Source: a virus (taxonomy: Duplodnaviria; Caudoviricetes). Taken from it: DNA of 25,514 nucleotides. Positions within the stretch are counted from its first letter, which is position 1. Each line of letters opens with the position of its first letter. Positions 16,381 through 25,514 of the stretch are shown one piece after another. A model generated the notes under the pieces. It was not told the origin of the DNA. It worked only from the letters and a program-made list of their open reading frames with translations, and did no database searches. Position numbers and translations under genes: made by a program. The stretch spans positions 1 to 25,514 of IMG/VR virus record IMGVR_UViG_3300037044_000078; one strand, 5' to 3'.

Positions 16381-17071
16381 GAGAATATATCTGTCACCAA
16401 GCAATCAGCCTGACAATAAATATGTTGTAGGCAATACAAATGAGAAAGTTGAGATGGAGGCAGTAGCAGCTAAAATCAAGCAAATCCTGGATTCAGAATA
16501 TGAATGTGAGACTGTTATAGCAACTACAAATCTAACCATAAATGCTTCAGGAAGGCCAAAGGAAGCCAAGGACAAGGGGTGTGATGTCTACCTGGCCATT
16601 CACTCAAATGCAGGTGGAAAGGGGAAAGCCAGCGGTGCTGTGGCCTTCTACCACCCAAACAGTGAGGGTAGCAAGGAGCTGGCTAGAAACATTGTCAGGG
16701 AGTTAAATACAATCTGCCCGTTACGGTCAAACAGGGATACAGCTGTTAAAAATGGTATGGAGCTTTATGCTGGCTATGGTCTAGCAGAAGTAAGGAATCC
16801 GAACAAGATAGGGATTACAGCGGTCCTCGCAGAAACGGACTTCCACGATAATCCGGCCATAGCAAAATGGATAATAGAAAACAAGGATATTATAGCGAGG
16901 GCCTATGTTGATGCTCTTGTAAAGACATTTGAGATCACAAAGAAACCAGCAATTATTGAAGGTAAGCTTTATCGGGTCCAGGCTGGTGCGTTCAAAGAAA
17001 AAAAGAACGCTGAGGAGCTTGTTTCAAAGCTTAATGCTGCAGGATTCGAGAGTTTTATAAATCACTCTTAG
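16370..17071 (+). CDS. Endolysin: N-acetylmuramoyl-L-alanine amidase (Amidase_3-like) with C-terminal SPOR domain
   Basis: 'LAIHSNA', 'AVLAETDFHDN', and C-terminal 'LYRVQAGAFKEKKNAEELVSKL..AGFESFI'. Follows the holin. Confidence 0.9.
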   Translation: MGTKRIYLSPSNQPDNKYVVGNTNEKVEMEAVAAKIKQILDSEYECETVIATTNLTINASGRPKEAKDKGCDVYLAIHSNAGGKGKASGAVAFYHPNSEGSKELARNIVRELNTICPLRSNRDTAVKNGMELYAGYGLAEVRNPNKIGITAVLAETDFHDNPAIAKWIIENKDIIARAYVDALVKTFEITKKPAIIEGKLYRVQAGAFKEKKNAEELVSKLNAAGFESFINHS

Positions 17072-17085
17072 ATAAGGTCAGTTAA

Positions 17086-17130
17086 TAGGAGCTTCGTAAG
17101 TCATCGCTTACCAGCTCCTAGCTATTTTTT
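17086..17130 (+). terminator. Intrinsic terminator after the endolysin
   Basis: TAGGAGCT-TC-GTAAG-TCATCG-CTTAC-C-AGCTCCTA followed by GCTATTTTTT. Confidence 0.7.
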
Positions 17131-17296
17131 ACTGGATAAATCTTGATATAGTTGCAATTTAGAGTGATATATACAATGATCCAATCACCTCAAATCAGCA
17201 GAATTTAGCAGAATATTTTTTTTGGATTCTTGATTTGATGGGACTTGGACCATTACTTGATAAAAGAAGCAAATTTTGAGAAAGGAGGTGTAATTC

Positions 17297-18928
17297 TTGA
17301 AAAATATGTCACTTGAAAATGTTCCTAGTTCTGTGTTCTCAGATTCCCTGAATCCTACAGTCTTTAGTAGAGAACAGTTCAAGCATTTTGGATCATCTGC
17401 ATTGGAACCTAGATCAAATAAATTGAAAGTAGCGAGTTATTGCCGAGTGAGTTCACATTCAGATCCTCAAGAAGAATCTCTTGAGAATCAAATGATTCAC
17501 TATACAAATTTAATAAGGAAAAATCGTGAGTGGCAGTTTGCTGGAATATATTCGGATCGTGGTAAATCAGGCACAAATCTGACTCGAAGAATTGGATTTA
17601 ATAAGATGGTACGAGACGCGATGGACGGCAAAATTAACTTGATTCTGTGTAAGTCTATTTCAAGATTTGCCAGGAATGTAACTGATACAATCAACACTGT
17701 CAGGAGGCTAAGTGCAATTGGAGTAAATGTAATTTTTGAAAAAGAGGGCCTTGAAACTTCAAGCATGCAAAGTGAATTCATTCTTACCATGCTTTCTATA
17801 GTAGCTCAAGAGGAAAGCAGAAGTACATCATCCAACATAACTTGGTCAATTTCCAAGAGATTTGAAAATGGTGAACCTATTTTCCTAAGATTATTTGGTT
17901 ATAAGAAGTATGATAAACGAACTATAGTTATTGTTGAGAATGAAGCTGAAATTGTGCGAGAAGCTTTCCGAATGTGTCTAGCAGGACATACAAACACACA
18001 GATATCGAAAGAATTTATTAAGAAAGGGTACAAGAAGTCTAACGGAAGAACGGATTGGTCACCTTCTTCAATTAAGGAAATGCTAAAAAATATCAGATAC
18101 ACAGGTGATGTTATTTGTCAGAAGACCTATACAAAGGACCATTTGAGTCATGAGGTTGATAAGAATGACGGGCAGAGAACGAAGTATCTTATTAAGAATA
18201 ATCATGAACCGATTATCGATAGAGATACTTTTGATAAAGTTCAGGTTCTTATGAATAAAAAAGCAAGGGTACTGACTAAAGGAGATGCTCAGCGAAATCC
18301 TTTATCTGGGAGAGTAATATGTGGAAAGTGTGGTAATAAATTTCAAAAATATACAAGTAGTGGAGCAATAACTTGGAGATGTAGCCATCAAGTAAAAAGC
18401 AGTTTGTTATGCAATATAAAAGGCATTAAACAAGATCGAATTCAACAGATGATTGTAAGTGCTTTTGATAAACGATTCAATTTGAAGGTGCCTTCTCAAG
18501 CCCGGAAACAGATCACTCAAATGATTAGAGATATTAAATATTCTGAAAGCTCAAGAGATACCGAACAAAATCAACTGCGTCTGCAGCTCGAACGTGCATT
18601 GCTGGATGAGAATGAAGCTGTGTTCAGAGGGCTAGAAAATACTGAATTGACTAGGAAGCGCATCGATATAGAAAGGCAAGTTTCCATACGAGAGAAGTGG
18701 TGGTTAATGGTAGACAGTGATGATGAAATCAGGAGGAAAGCAATAGAATCATTGAACTCACTTTTAGAAAGTCAGTCCTGGTATTCCAGCCTACTTGAAA
18801 CTAGAAACGACTTGGAATTCCTACGAAGTTGGGTTGTTAGAATTAAAGTGGAATCTCCAAGTAGCATCTTTATTGAGTGGCTGAGTGGTGAAACAACATT
18901 TACAAGATTTAATGAAGGGGATGATTAA
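17297..18928 (+). CDS. Large serine recombinase (type A)
   Basis: YCRVSS catalytic motif, 'KSISRFARN', recombinase domain, CGKCG zinc ribbon. AAAGGAGG RBS, TTG start. Confidence 0.92.
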   Translation: MKNMSLENVPSSVFSDSLNPTVFSREQFKHFGSSALEPRSNKLKVASYCRVSSHSDPQEESLENQMIHYTNLIRKNREWQFAGIYSDRGKSGTNLTRRIGFNKMVRDAMDGKINLILCKSISRFARNVTDTINTVRRLSAIGVNVIFEKEGLETSSMQSEFILTMLSIVAQEESRSTSSNITWSISKRFENGEPIFLRLFGYKKYDKRTIVIVENEAEIVREAFRMCLAGHTNTQISKEFIKKGYKKSNGRTDWSPSSIKEMLKNIRYTGDVICQKTYTKDHLSHEVDKNDGQRTKYLIKNNHEPIIDRDTFDKVQVLMNKKARVLTKGDAQRNPLSGRVICGKCGNKFQKYTSSGAITWRCSHQVKSSLLCNIKGIKQDRIQQMIVSAFDKRFNLKVPSQARKQITQMIRDIKYSESSRDTEQNQLRLQLERALLDENEAVFRGLENTELTRKRIDIERQVSIREKWWLMVDSDDEIRRKAIESLNSLLESQSWYSSLLETRNDLEFLRSWVVRIKVESPSSIFIEWLSGETTFTRFNEGDD

Positions 18929-18930
18929 AC

Positions 18931-20601
18931 ATGGTATCTCAGACACCAACTACGTCATTAAGTCCTCGTGTAAGAGTTATACCTGCAACAATTCGTACAG
19001 GCAGGAATGATGAGAATCCAGGTGGTACTAAAAAACGAATTGCAGCATACGCAAGAGTATCCACACTTATGGAACATCAAACATCATCATATGAGATGCA
19101 GGTTTCATACTACACAGAGTATATACAAAAAAATCCTAACTGGGAGTTTATAAAGGTGTATACAGATGAAGGCATAAGTGGAACCTCAATAAAAAATCGC
19201 CTCGGATTTATCGAGATGATTGAAGATGCTAAGGCCGGGAAAATCGACTACATAGTTACCAAGTCGATAAGTCGATTTGCTAGAAATACATTGGATTGTC
19301 TAAGCTATGTAAGGCTATTGAAGAACTTGGATAAGCCAGTTGGAGTATTTTTTGAAAAAGAGAACTTGGACACCCTGGATAGCAAAAGTGAGTTGTTCCT
19401 CACAATTTTATCATCCATGGCTCAAGAAGAGTCAAAATCATTGAGTCTTAATACAACCTGGGGGGTCATGAAGCGATTTTCGCAAGGGAAACCCCACATT
19501 CCGACTACTTACTTTCTTGGTTATGATACGGATAAAAATGGAAATATAGTTATTGATGAAGAGCAGGCTAAGACTGTCAGAAGGATTTTTAGAGAGTTCT
19601 TAGAGGGTAAAGGAACTGGAAGAATTGCAAAAGGATTGATGCAGGATGGAGTATTAACGGGTAGAGGTAAAAAGATCTGGACACCAGATTCCGTGGCCAA
19701 GGTGCTTCGCAATGAAAAATTTCAGGGCGACACAGTAGCCCAGAAGACTGTAACAATCGACTTTCTAAGCCATAAGCGTGTCCTTAATAAAGACCATAAG
19801 CCTAAATACTACATTCAAAACACCCATCCTGCGATTATATCAAAGGAAGATTGGAACGCTGTTCAGAAGGAACTGACAAGAAGAGGTGAAATGCTAAGGG
19901 ATCCAGACAACAAGTACCGAATGAATTACAGCAGCATAGCACCGTTTTCAAATAAGCTGTATTGTGGGGCCTGCGAAAGGCCAGCAATACGTAGGAGGCT
20001 TACCTCCAAGAATAAAGGGGAGAAGTACAAGTTCACAGCATGGCAATGCAGAGTGGCAGCGCATAAGCATTGTGATGATGAGCTGGTATGTACTAGAAAG
20101 TACATATGGGAAACAGTTCTTGAAAAAGAATTCATGAAACTGCTATTGAAGATGAATAATGATAGGGCGAATATTATCCAAGAGGTGGAAAATGTCTGCT
20201 CAATCTATGATTTATCAACTGCTGAGAAAGAGAAGCTTAGAGAGCTCGAAGTGAGGCTTGAAAACATCGCAGATAGAATAAGCATACTTGCCACCAGAGA
20301 GAGCATGACAAGCGATCCAGTCTATGATGCAACAATGAGGCATATGATCTACGAACAGGAGATTGTACAGATGGAGTATGAGAGCTTAAGCAAGATGGAT
20401 AGCGAGAGTAAATATCTCAATATACAACTTCAGGAACTGTTCGAATGCCTTGACTCATTGAAACCAGAGGATGGCTTCCGAGCAGACATTCTCGGTAAGA
20501 CAGTTGAGAAGGGGATACTTCATGAAGACTACCGAGTAGAGTTCTGTTTCAAGTGCGGAGTTAAGAGAGACGTGTTTGGATACAGCGGCAGGTACCTGTA
20601 A
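18931..20601 (+). CDS. Large serine recombinase (type B)
   Basis: YARVST, 'DEGISGT', 'TKSISRFARN', CGAC zinc ribbon, coiled coil. Confidence 0.93.
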   Translation: MVSQTPTTSLSPRVRVIPATIRTGRNDENPGGTKKRIAAYARVSTLMEHQTSSYEMQVSYYTEYIQKNPNWEFIKVYTDEGISGTSIKNRLGFIEMIEDAKAGKIDYIVTKSISRFARNTLDCLSYVRLLKNLDKPVGVFFEKENLDTLDSKSELFLTILSSMAQEESKSLSLNTTWGVMKRFSQGKPHIPTTYFLGYDTDKNGNIVIDEEQAKTVRRIFREFLEGKGTGRIAKGLMQDGVLTGRGKKIWTPDSVAKVLRNEKFQGDTVAQKTVTIDFLSHKRVLNKDHKPKYYIQNTHPAIISKEDWNAVQKELTRRGEMLRDPDNKYRMNYSSIAPFSNKLYCGACERPAIRRRLTSKNKGEKYKFTAWQCRVAAHKHCDDELVCTRKYIWETVLEKEFMKLLLKMNNDRANIIQEVENVCSIYDLSTAEKEKLRELEVRLENIADRISILATRESMTSDPVYDATMRHMIYEQEIVQMEYESLSKMDSESKYLNIQLQELFECLDSLKPEDGFRADILGKTVEKGILHEDYRVEFCFKCGVKRDVFGYSGRYL

Positions 20602-20735
20602 AAGTTACAATACAATTGAATAAATGAAAACTTCCTCCAACTTGGGATAAAGTGCTTGCATAATATCCTGAGCAGAGTGAACATACCTATTAGTAGTCTT
20701 AATGAATAGGTATATCACTCGAGGAGGTTTTTTAT

Positions 20736-23700
20736 TTGCAAAACAATGATGAGCGGCTATGGGTGCAAACCTTATGGAATCCACTTGAGGACAAGAGAAA
20801 AAGTCCGTTTGAAAGCACAGAAGAAGGAATAAGAGTGGCAGCGTATTGCAGGATCAGTTCAAACGCGAATCCAGCAAACCGGTCCCTTCAAAACCAGGTT
20901 AGCTACTACACGGAGTACATTAAAAGTAAGCCAAACTGGAAGTTTGTCGGAGTATATTTTGACGACAATATTTCAGGGAGGACAGTGAAGGCAAGGCGGA
21001 GCTTTCTTAGGATGATAAGGCATGCTGAGGAAGGGAAGCTTGACCTCATAGTAACTAAGAACGTCCAACGGTTCTCAAGAAACACCAAAGATCTGTTAGA
21101 GACCATAGCACACCTAAAGAAACTCGGAGTTGCTGTGTTTTTTGAAAAAGAAAATCTGGACACATCAACAGATTATAATGCTTTCTTACTTTCCATCTAT
21201 GGTAGCTTGGCCCAGGCAGAGGTGGAAAACATGTCAGAGCAAGAACGGTGGAGCAATGAAAAGAAGCTCTTGAGTGGGAAGCCCATATTTAAAAGGATAT
21301 TCGGATATGAGGTTGTCAAGGGAACAGGCGGTTCAGAGCTTAGAATAAAGGAAGAAGAGGCAAATGTAGTTAGGTGGATATATAAGCAGTTTTTGGAAGG
21401 AAAGTCAAAGTCAGAAATAAGCAGGGAGCTGACACGAAGAGGGATAAAGAGCCCAAGAGGGAATGCTATATGGGAATCAATGACAGTCAGTGCAATGTTA
21501 AAGCAGACAATCTATACGGGGAACACAGTAAACAGGAAAACAGCTAGGGACTTGTTCACCAATAAGGTAACAAACAATGAGGTAACCGGTGGGGTGATAC
21601 TCATTGAAAATTCAAATCCACCGATAATTGACATGGATGCATACCTGAAAGTACAAAAGATGCATGAAAGCCTAAAGTCGAAACCAACTCAAAAACCGAG
21701 AAAAGAAGAACAACCGCTGAAAGGTAGGTTGTTTTGCGGATATGATAACTCAGTCCACCATCATTTATGGAATAATTCCGGATACAAGTACTGGGCATGC
21801 TATATAAGGGAAAAGCATATGGACAGATGCCCAACCAACTACATTAGAGAAGAACGTGTTGAAGACATGCTTCTTCAGGCGTTCAGGCGGCGGTTTAACT
21901 TTAATGAAGAGTCTGCGGTAAAGAAGTTGGAAGACATTATTCGCTGGGTGAATGAGAATGATCACTTCGAATTTCACAGGCTTAAATACCTGACAGAAAT
22001 TGAAATCGCAGAACATCTCATTGGCGACAGGTTTACCTTCGAAGAAGTGGATGAGCTTAAGAGCCGATACGCAGAGTTCGAGGCGAGAATCAACCAGATT
22101 GAAGATGACAGGAAGTATCGGGATCAGGTTCTCGAATGGCTTATCAACATAAACACCTCTGAGGAGTTCCTATCAGGCTTGGATTTCAAGTTGATGAGGG
22201 CTTGGATTCTGCGCGTTACGATATATTCAGAGCAAGAATATGTAATCCATTGGATTGACGGTGTTGATACTGAGATAGGGGACATAAGGAGCTGCAGAGA
22301 AAGGGCTGAGGAGCTCCAAAGAAAGCATCTGGAGAATACTGAGCAACTCATGACTGATGCTTCAATTCCTGATCTGGAGCCCTCTCAGGTCGATATAGAG
22401 ACTGCTGGAAGGTTGTTCCCGGCTAAGGATACAGTAACTGAGATAATACAGATAAAGGATGAAATCATCCTAAACTACAGGAAGGAGGAAGACATTATAG
22501 CTAAACCAGAAGTTATGCAAATTGACCACATTCAGCATATGAAGATGCTGCATAGGATACGTAAGGATATCAAAGAAAGTAAGGTTCCAACATTGCACGG
22601 TAAGCAAAAAGTGAAACTTAAGGTTGCAGCTTATGTGCGAGTGTCAACTGACCATGAGGAGCAGGAGACCAGCCTTAAGACACAAACTGCGTTTTACACA
22701 TACTCAATTTTGAGCAATCCTGAGTATGCTTTAGCAGGTATTTATGTGGATGAAGGTATCTCAGCAACTACTACAAAGAAGAGAGATGGATTCAACCAGA
22801 TGATAAGGGACTGCAAGGCTGGCAAGATTGACCTTATACTCACCAAGTCCATTTCAAGGTTTGCCAGGAACACGGTTGATGCAATCCACTATTCAAGGTT
22901 ATTGAAGAACCTTGATAAGCCCTGTTTTATTTTTTTCGAGAAGGAGAACGTGAACACGAAAGACGAAAATGCAGAATTGATGGTAACGCTACTTGGGGCA
23001 CTGGCTCAACAAGAATCTCGAAACATAGGAAGCTCTATTGCATGGGGAAAGAGAGCTAAGGCCAGCAGAGGAATCGTAAACGTCAAAAGGATCAACTATG
23101 GATATGAGTTCAACGAGCATAAGGAATGGGTAATCAAGGAAGAGGAAGCAGCAATTGTCAGGAGGATCTACTCAGAGTATCAAGCTGGTGTGAAAGTAAT
23201 GGAGATAGCAAGGAACTTAAACAAAGATAAGGTAATTCCAGCCAGCGGATCCGGTCTCTGGGCTACTAGCAGCATAAACAACATACTGTTTAATCACATT
23301 TATAACGGGGACTATGTACATAACCACAAATATAAGAATCCCGAGCTGAAACAACCCCTAGTACAGAACCGGGGAGAGATTCCTATGATCCATATTGAGA
23401 ATCACCATCCCGCAATTATCGATAGGGACATGTGGGAAAGTGTACAGCAACTAAGGAACCATAAGCAAAGAATCAGGAAGAAGATCAAACAGGAATTCGA
23501 CGAAGAAGATAAGCGGAACGAGTCATTCGATGATAAATTCTCCTGCGGAGAATGCGGTAACTCATTCGGATTTACTCGATATTCGAATGTCAAGAGAGAT
23601 AGATATTGGGATAAAGCAAGAGGTGAATGGAAACAGACGCGTTCAACAGATGCAACTAGTACTTCACTAATCTGGAGATGCAACCGAGCGAAAGATGGTG

Positions 23701-24569
23701 TAGCCAGAATATGCGATTCCAAGCAGTTCCCCCAGGAATATATTGAACTCAACTTCCAACACCTACTAATAGATATGCTAACAAATCCAGGTTTTCTGGA
23801 GGAGTACAATAGAGCGTATTCGGAGCTGGATCTGACCAGTGAAGAACTGAGAGTAGAAGCCAATTTGCGGAAAGAGATGGATGCACATTACCAGATGCTT
23901 TACGAGGCTGTCGACGAAGAGCTTAATGCGAGAGGTAGGGATTCCAGGAAAATAGAAAGCCTTACAGAAAGCCTGTTACAGTATCAAGTGCAGCTTAAGC
24001 ATTATGATATGAAACGGGAAAGGCAATCCACACTCAAGAATGAAGTGGAGTGGTTCATGAAGAGCTATAATGCGAGTGACTTCATGATTAGCAATCCGCC
24101 TGATCTCCAAGGTATAGAAAATACTCGATTGGGAAAGAGAATACTAACTTCCGATATAATAGACACAGGACTGATGGTGGAAGAAGCCACTTTCAACAAG
24201 GAGCTATTCGAGAGACTGATCGAAGCCGGAAGAGTCTATAGTGACGGGAGGGTAGTTTTCAAACTGAAAGTTGGCATTGAATGGGCAGCCCCAATAACTT
24301 ACGATAACTATGAGCGGCTAGTATTTAAGCGGATTAGGATCAAGAGCCTAATGAAGTATCTAGACCGCATTAACGGGCCAGAGGTAACAGAGTTGATGAA
24401 GTACTGTAAAACACCAAGAACCAGCAGAGAGATCCATGCATTCTTGGACACCAATACTCTAGAAGAAATAATGCGAACTGTAATAAACCCACTTGTTGAG
24501 ATGGGACGGCTCAAGTACACAATTCCAAAGTTCATATATAGCCATGATCAGAAGTATTATTCTGAGTGA
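20736..24569 (+). CDS. Tandem double large serine recombinase (A'-B' fusion, 1277 aa) with an extra C-terminal HTH-like tail
   Basis: Two complete resolvase+recombinase units, YCRISS...RFSRN and YVRVST...RFARN. GAGGAGG RBS, TTG start. Confidence 0.9.
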   Translation: MQNNDERLWVQTLWNPLEDKRKSPFESTEEGIRVAAYCRISSNANPANRSLQNQVSYYTEYIKSKPNWKFVGVYFDDNISGRTVKARRSFLRMIRHAEEGKLDLIVTKNVQRFSRNTKDLLETIAHLKKLGVAVFFEKENLDTSTDYNAFLLSIYGSLAQAEVENMSEQERWSNEKKLLSGKPIFKRIFGYEVVKGTGGSELRIKEEEANVVRWIYKQFLEGKSKSEISRELTRRGIKSPRGNAIWESMTVSAMLKQTIYTGNTVNRKTARDLFTNKVTNNEVTGGVILIENSNPPIIDMDAYLKVQKMHESLKSKPTQKPRKEEQPLKGRLFCGYDNSVHHHLWNNSGYKYWACYIREKHMDRCPTNYIREERVEDMLLQAFRRRFNFNEESAVKKLEDIIRWVNENDHFEFHRLKYLTEIEIAEHLIGDRFTFEEVDELKSRYAEFEARINQIEDDRKYRDQVLEWLININTSEEFLSGLDFKLMRAWILRVTIYSEQEYVIHWIDGVDTEIGDIRSCRERAEELQRKHLENTEQLMTDASIPDLEPSQVDIETAGRLFPAKDTVTEIIQIKDEIILNYRKEEDIIAKPEVMQIDHIQHMKMLHRIRKDIKESKVPTLHGKQKVKLKVAAYVRVSTDHEEQETSLKTQTAFYTYSILSNPEYALAGIYVDEGISATTTKKRDGFNQMIRDCKAGKIDLILTKSISRFARNTVDAIHYSRLLKNLDKPCFIFFEKENVNTKDENAELMVTLLGALAQQESRNIGSSIAWGKRAKASRGIVNVKRINYGYEFNEHKEWVIKEEEAAIVRRIYSEYQAGVKVMEIARNLNKDKVIPASGSGLWATSSINNILFNHIYNGDYVHNHKYKNPELKQPLVQNRGEIPMIHIENHHPAIIDRDMWESVQQLRNHKQRIRKKIKQEFDEEDKRNESFDDKFSCGECGNSFGFTRYSNVKRDRYWDKARGEWKQTRSTDATSTSLIWRCNRAKDGVARICDSKQFPQEYIELNFQHLLIDMLTNPGFLEEYNRAYSELDLTSEELRVEANLRKEMDAHYQMLYEAVDEELNARGRDSRKIESLTESLLQYQVQLKHYDMKRERQSTLKNEVEWFMKSYNASDFMISNPPDLQGIENTRLGKRILTSDIIDTGLMVEEATFNKELFERLIEAGRVYSDGRVVFKLKVGIEWAAPITYDNYERLVFKRIRIKSLMKYLDRINGPEVTELMKYCKTPRTSREIHAFLDTNTLEEIMRTVINPLVEMGRLKYTIPKFIYSHDQKYYSE

Positions 24570-24600
24570 CTCATACCTAAAATTCAATATCGAGTAGATT

Positions 24601-24649
24601 ATGACCCACCTGAAACTGGATGAAAATTCAGTTTCAGGTGGGTTATTTA
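24601..24649 (+). terminator. 21-bp hairpin, probable terminator after the recombinase cluster
   Basis: ATGACCCACCTGAAACTGGAT-GAAA-ATTCAGTTTCAGGTGGGTTAT. The only two mismatches are G-U pairs in the + strand RNA. Confidence 0.75.
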
Positions 24650-24757
24650 AGTTTGATATATTGAATTCTGACAAATGGTTTTAAATGCTGTACTTGTGGA
24701 ATATAATATAGATGAATTAAATAGATAGTAACAGATACTAAAGAGAGGGAGTTTACT

Positions 24758-25120
24758 ATGCACATTAAGCATGTGACCTTAAGGGTCAATAATATGGAAG
24801 AATCAATTAAGTTTTATGAGACTATTACAGAACTAACTATTTCTCGTCGATTTACCGAAGGGGCAGCAGAAGTCGCATTTCTTACAAATGGCGAAGGTGA
24901 AACTGAAATTGAACTACTTTACATTCCTGAAGGCCAAAAGTTTGAAGGTAAAGGCATGTTCATTTGTTTTGAAACGGATAAATTGGATGAGATGCATAAG
25001 TTTGCCCATGATAAGAATCTTAAACCATCACCAATACAAATCCCTAATGACGGTACTCGTTATTTCTACGTTTATGATCCCAACGGAGTCTCAATACAAC
25101 TACGAGTTTTCCCTAAGTGA
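24758..25120 (+). CDS. VOC/glyoxalase (lactoylglutathione lyase-like) family protein
   Basis: 'IKHVTLRVNNMEESIKFY...EIEL...FYVYDPNGVSIQL'. GAGGGAG RBS. Confidence 0.88.
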   Translation: MHIKHVTLRVNNMEESIKFYETITELTISRRFTEGAAEVAFLTNGEGETEIELLYIPEGQKFEGKGMFICFETDKLDEMHKFAHDKNLKPSPIQIPNDGTRYFYVYDPNGVSIQLRVFPK

Positions 25121-25242
25121 TTTCTCTAAATGATATATACCAGTTGTGACCATTCATACTTTGTTGTCAACGGGAAGTACGACATTTTTGAGATTAACGA
25201 GGTGCTGTTCAAATATGATCAAGGTTATTAGGAGGGTGAGCC

Positions 25243-25514
25243 GTGGATTACTTGTGGTTAATAATACCTCTTGCTATTGTTGCAGTTTTGGTGATTGCCT
25301 TGGGGATTTATTTGAAGAACAAAACAAGAAATAATTCTGAGAAATTCAGTGACGAGAAAAACTTATTGCCATTAGTTGCAGAAATAAACGATATTGAGCA
25401 AATTCAAGGACTTGGGATAACCATACCACTGGAGCTTTTGCCTGCAACAACCCAATTTGACGAAAAAAGCATGTTTGAAATTACCGACAGTACTGTAGTA
25501 GCTCGAATTTCAGA
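25243..25514 (+). CDS. Partial ORF with N-terminal membrane anchor (runs off the window)
   Basis: GGAGG (25231-25235) then GTG 25243: MDYLWLIIPLAIVAVLVIALGIYLKNKTRNNSEKFSDEKNLLPLVAEINDIEQIQG..., open to the end of the window. Confidence 0.7.
   Translation, partial: MDYLWLIIPLAIVAVLVIALGIYLKNKTRNNSEKFSDEKNLLPLVAEINDIEQIQGLGITIPLELLPATTQFDEKSMFEITDSTVVARIS

Larger units (their letters stand above)
1..24569 (+). mobile_element. Siphovirus-type prophage (right part; left end outside the window, right att not located)
   Basis: Collinear neck-tail-lysis modules followed by serine recombinases. Confidence 0.85.

Noticed and set aside
171-24674. Numerous minus-strand and nested ORFs in the track (e.g. 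1373-1747, 4198-4578, 10425-10823, 23402-23863)
   Set aside because: Antisense shadows of well-supported + strand genes, with no recognisable motifs.
24570-24757. Prophage attR
   Set aside because: Plausible location, but it cannot be defined without the left end or an empty site. The 24601-24646 palindrome has G-U-compatible mismatches, favouring an RNA terminator.
25146-25334. 62-aa Cys-rich ORF from the track as a second peptide
   Set aside because: No RBS. It overlaps a better ORF in another frame (GTG 25243 with GGAGG and a TM segment).

Overview
Late (morphogenesis-lysis) half and right end of a siphovirus-type prophage, probably from a Clostridia-like Firmicute. Gene order: head-tail connector, head closure, HK97 gp10-like, tail terminator, major tail protein, tail chaperone with a probable -1 frameshift, tape measure, Dit, Tal/receptor-binding protein, CBM protein, holin, amidase. 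A cluster of three large serine recombinase genes follows, carrying four catalytic domains. Three AT-rich accessory cassettes (morons) interrupt the late operon. (1) A toxin-antitoxin-SecB-like chaperone (TAC) operon directly after the major tail gene. (2) A two-gene unit behind a LexA/SOS box. (3) A ~2 kb cassette bracketed by 50-bp direct repeats. It encodes an unannotated 45-aa peptide with six consecutive Tyr-X-(Asp/Glu) triplets, coupled to a radical SAM/SPASM enzyme, plus a divergent small membrane protein. This candidate prophage-borne RiPP (cyclophane-type) system is the most novel-looking element. An intact IS21 element (8374-10953, 6-bp target duplication) splits the Tal/RBP gene, which reconstitutes in frame to 1038 aa. 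A glyoxalase/VOC gene and a partial membrane-anchored ORF lie beyond the recombinases. All family calls come from motif recognition by eye; no database searches were run.
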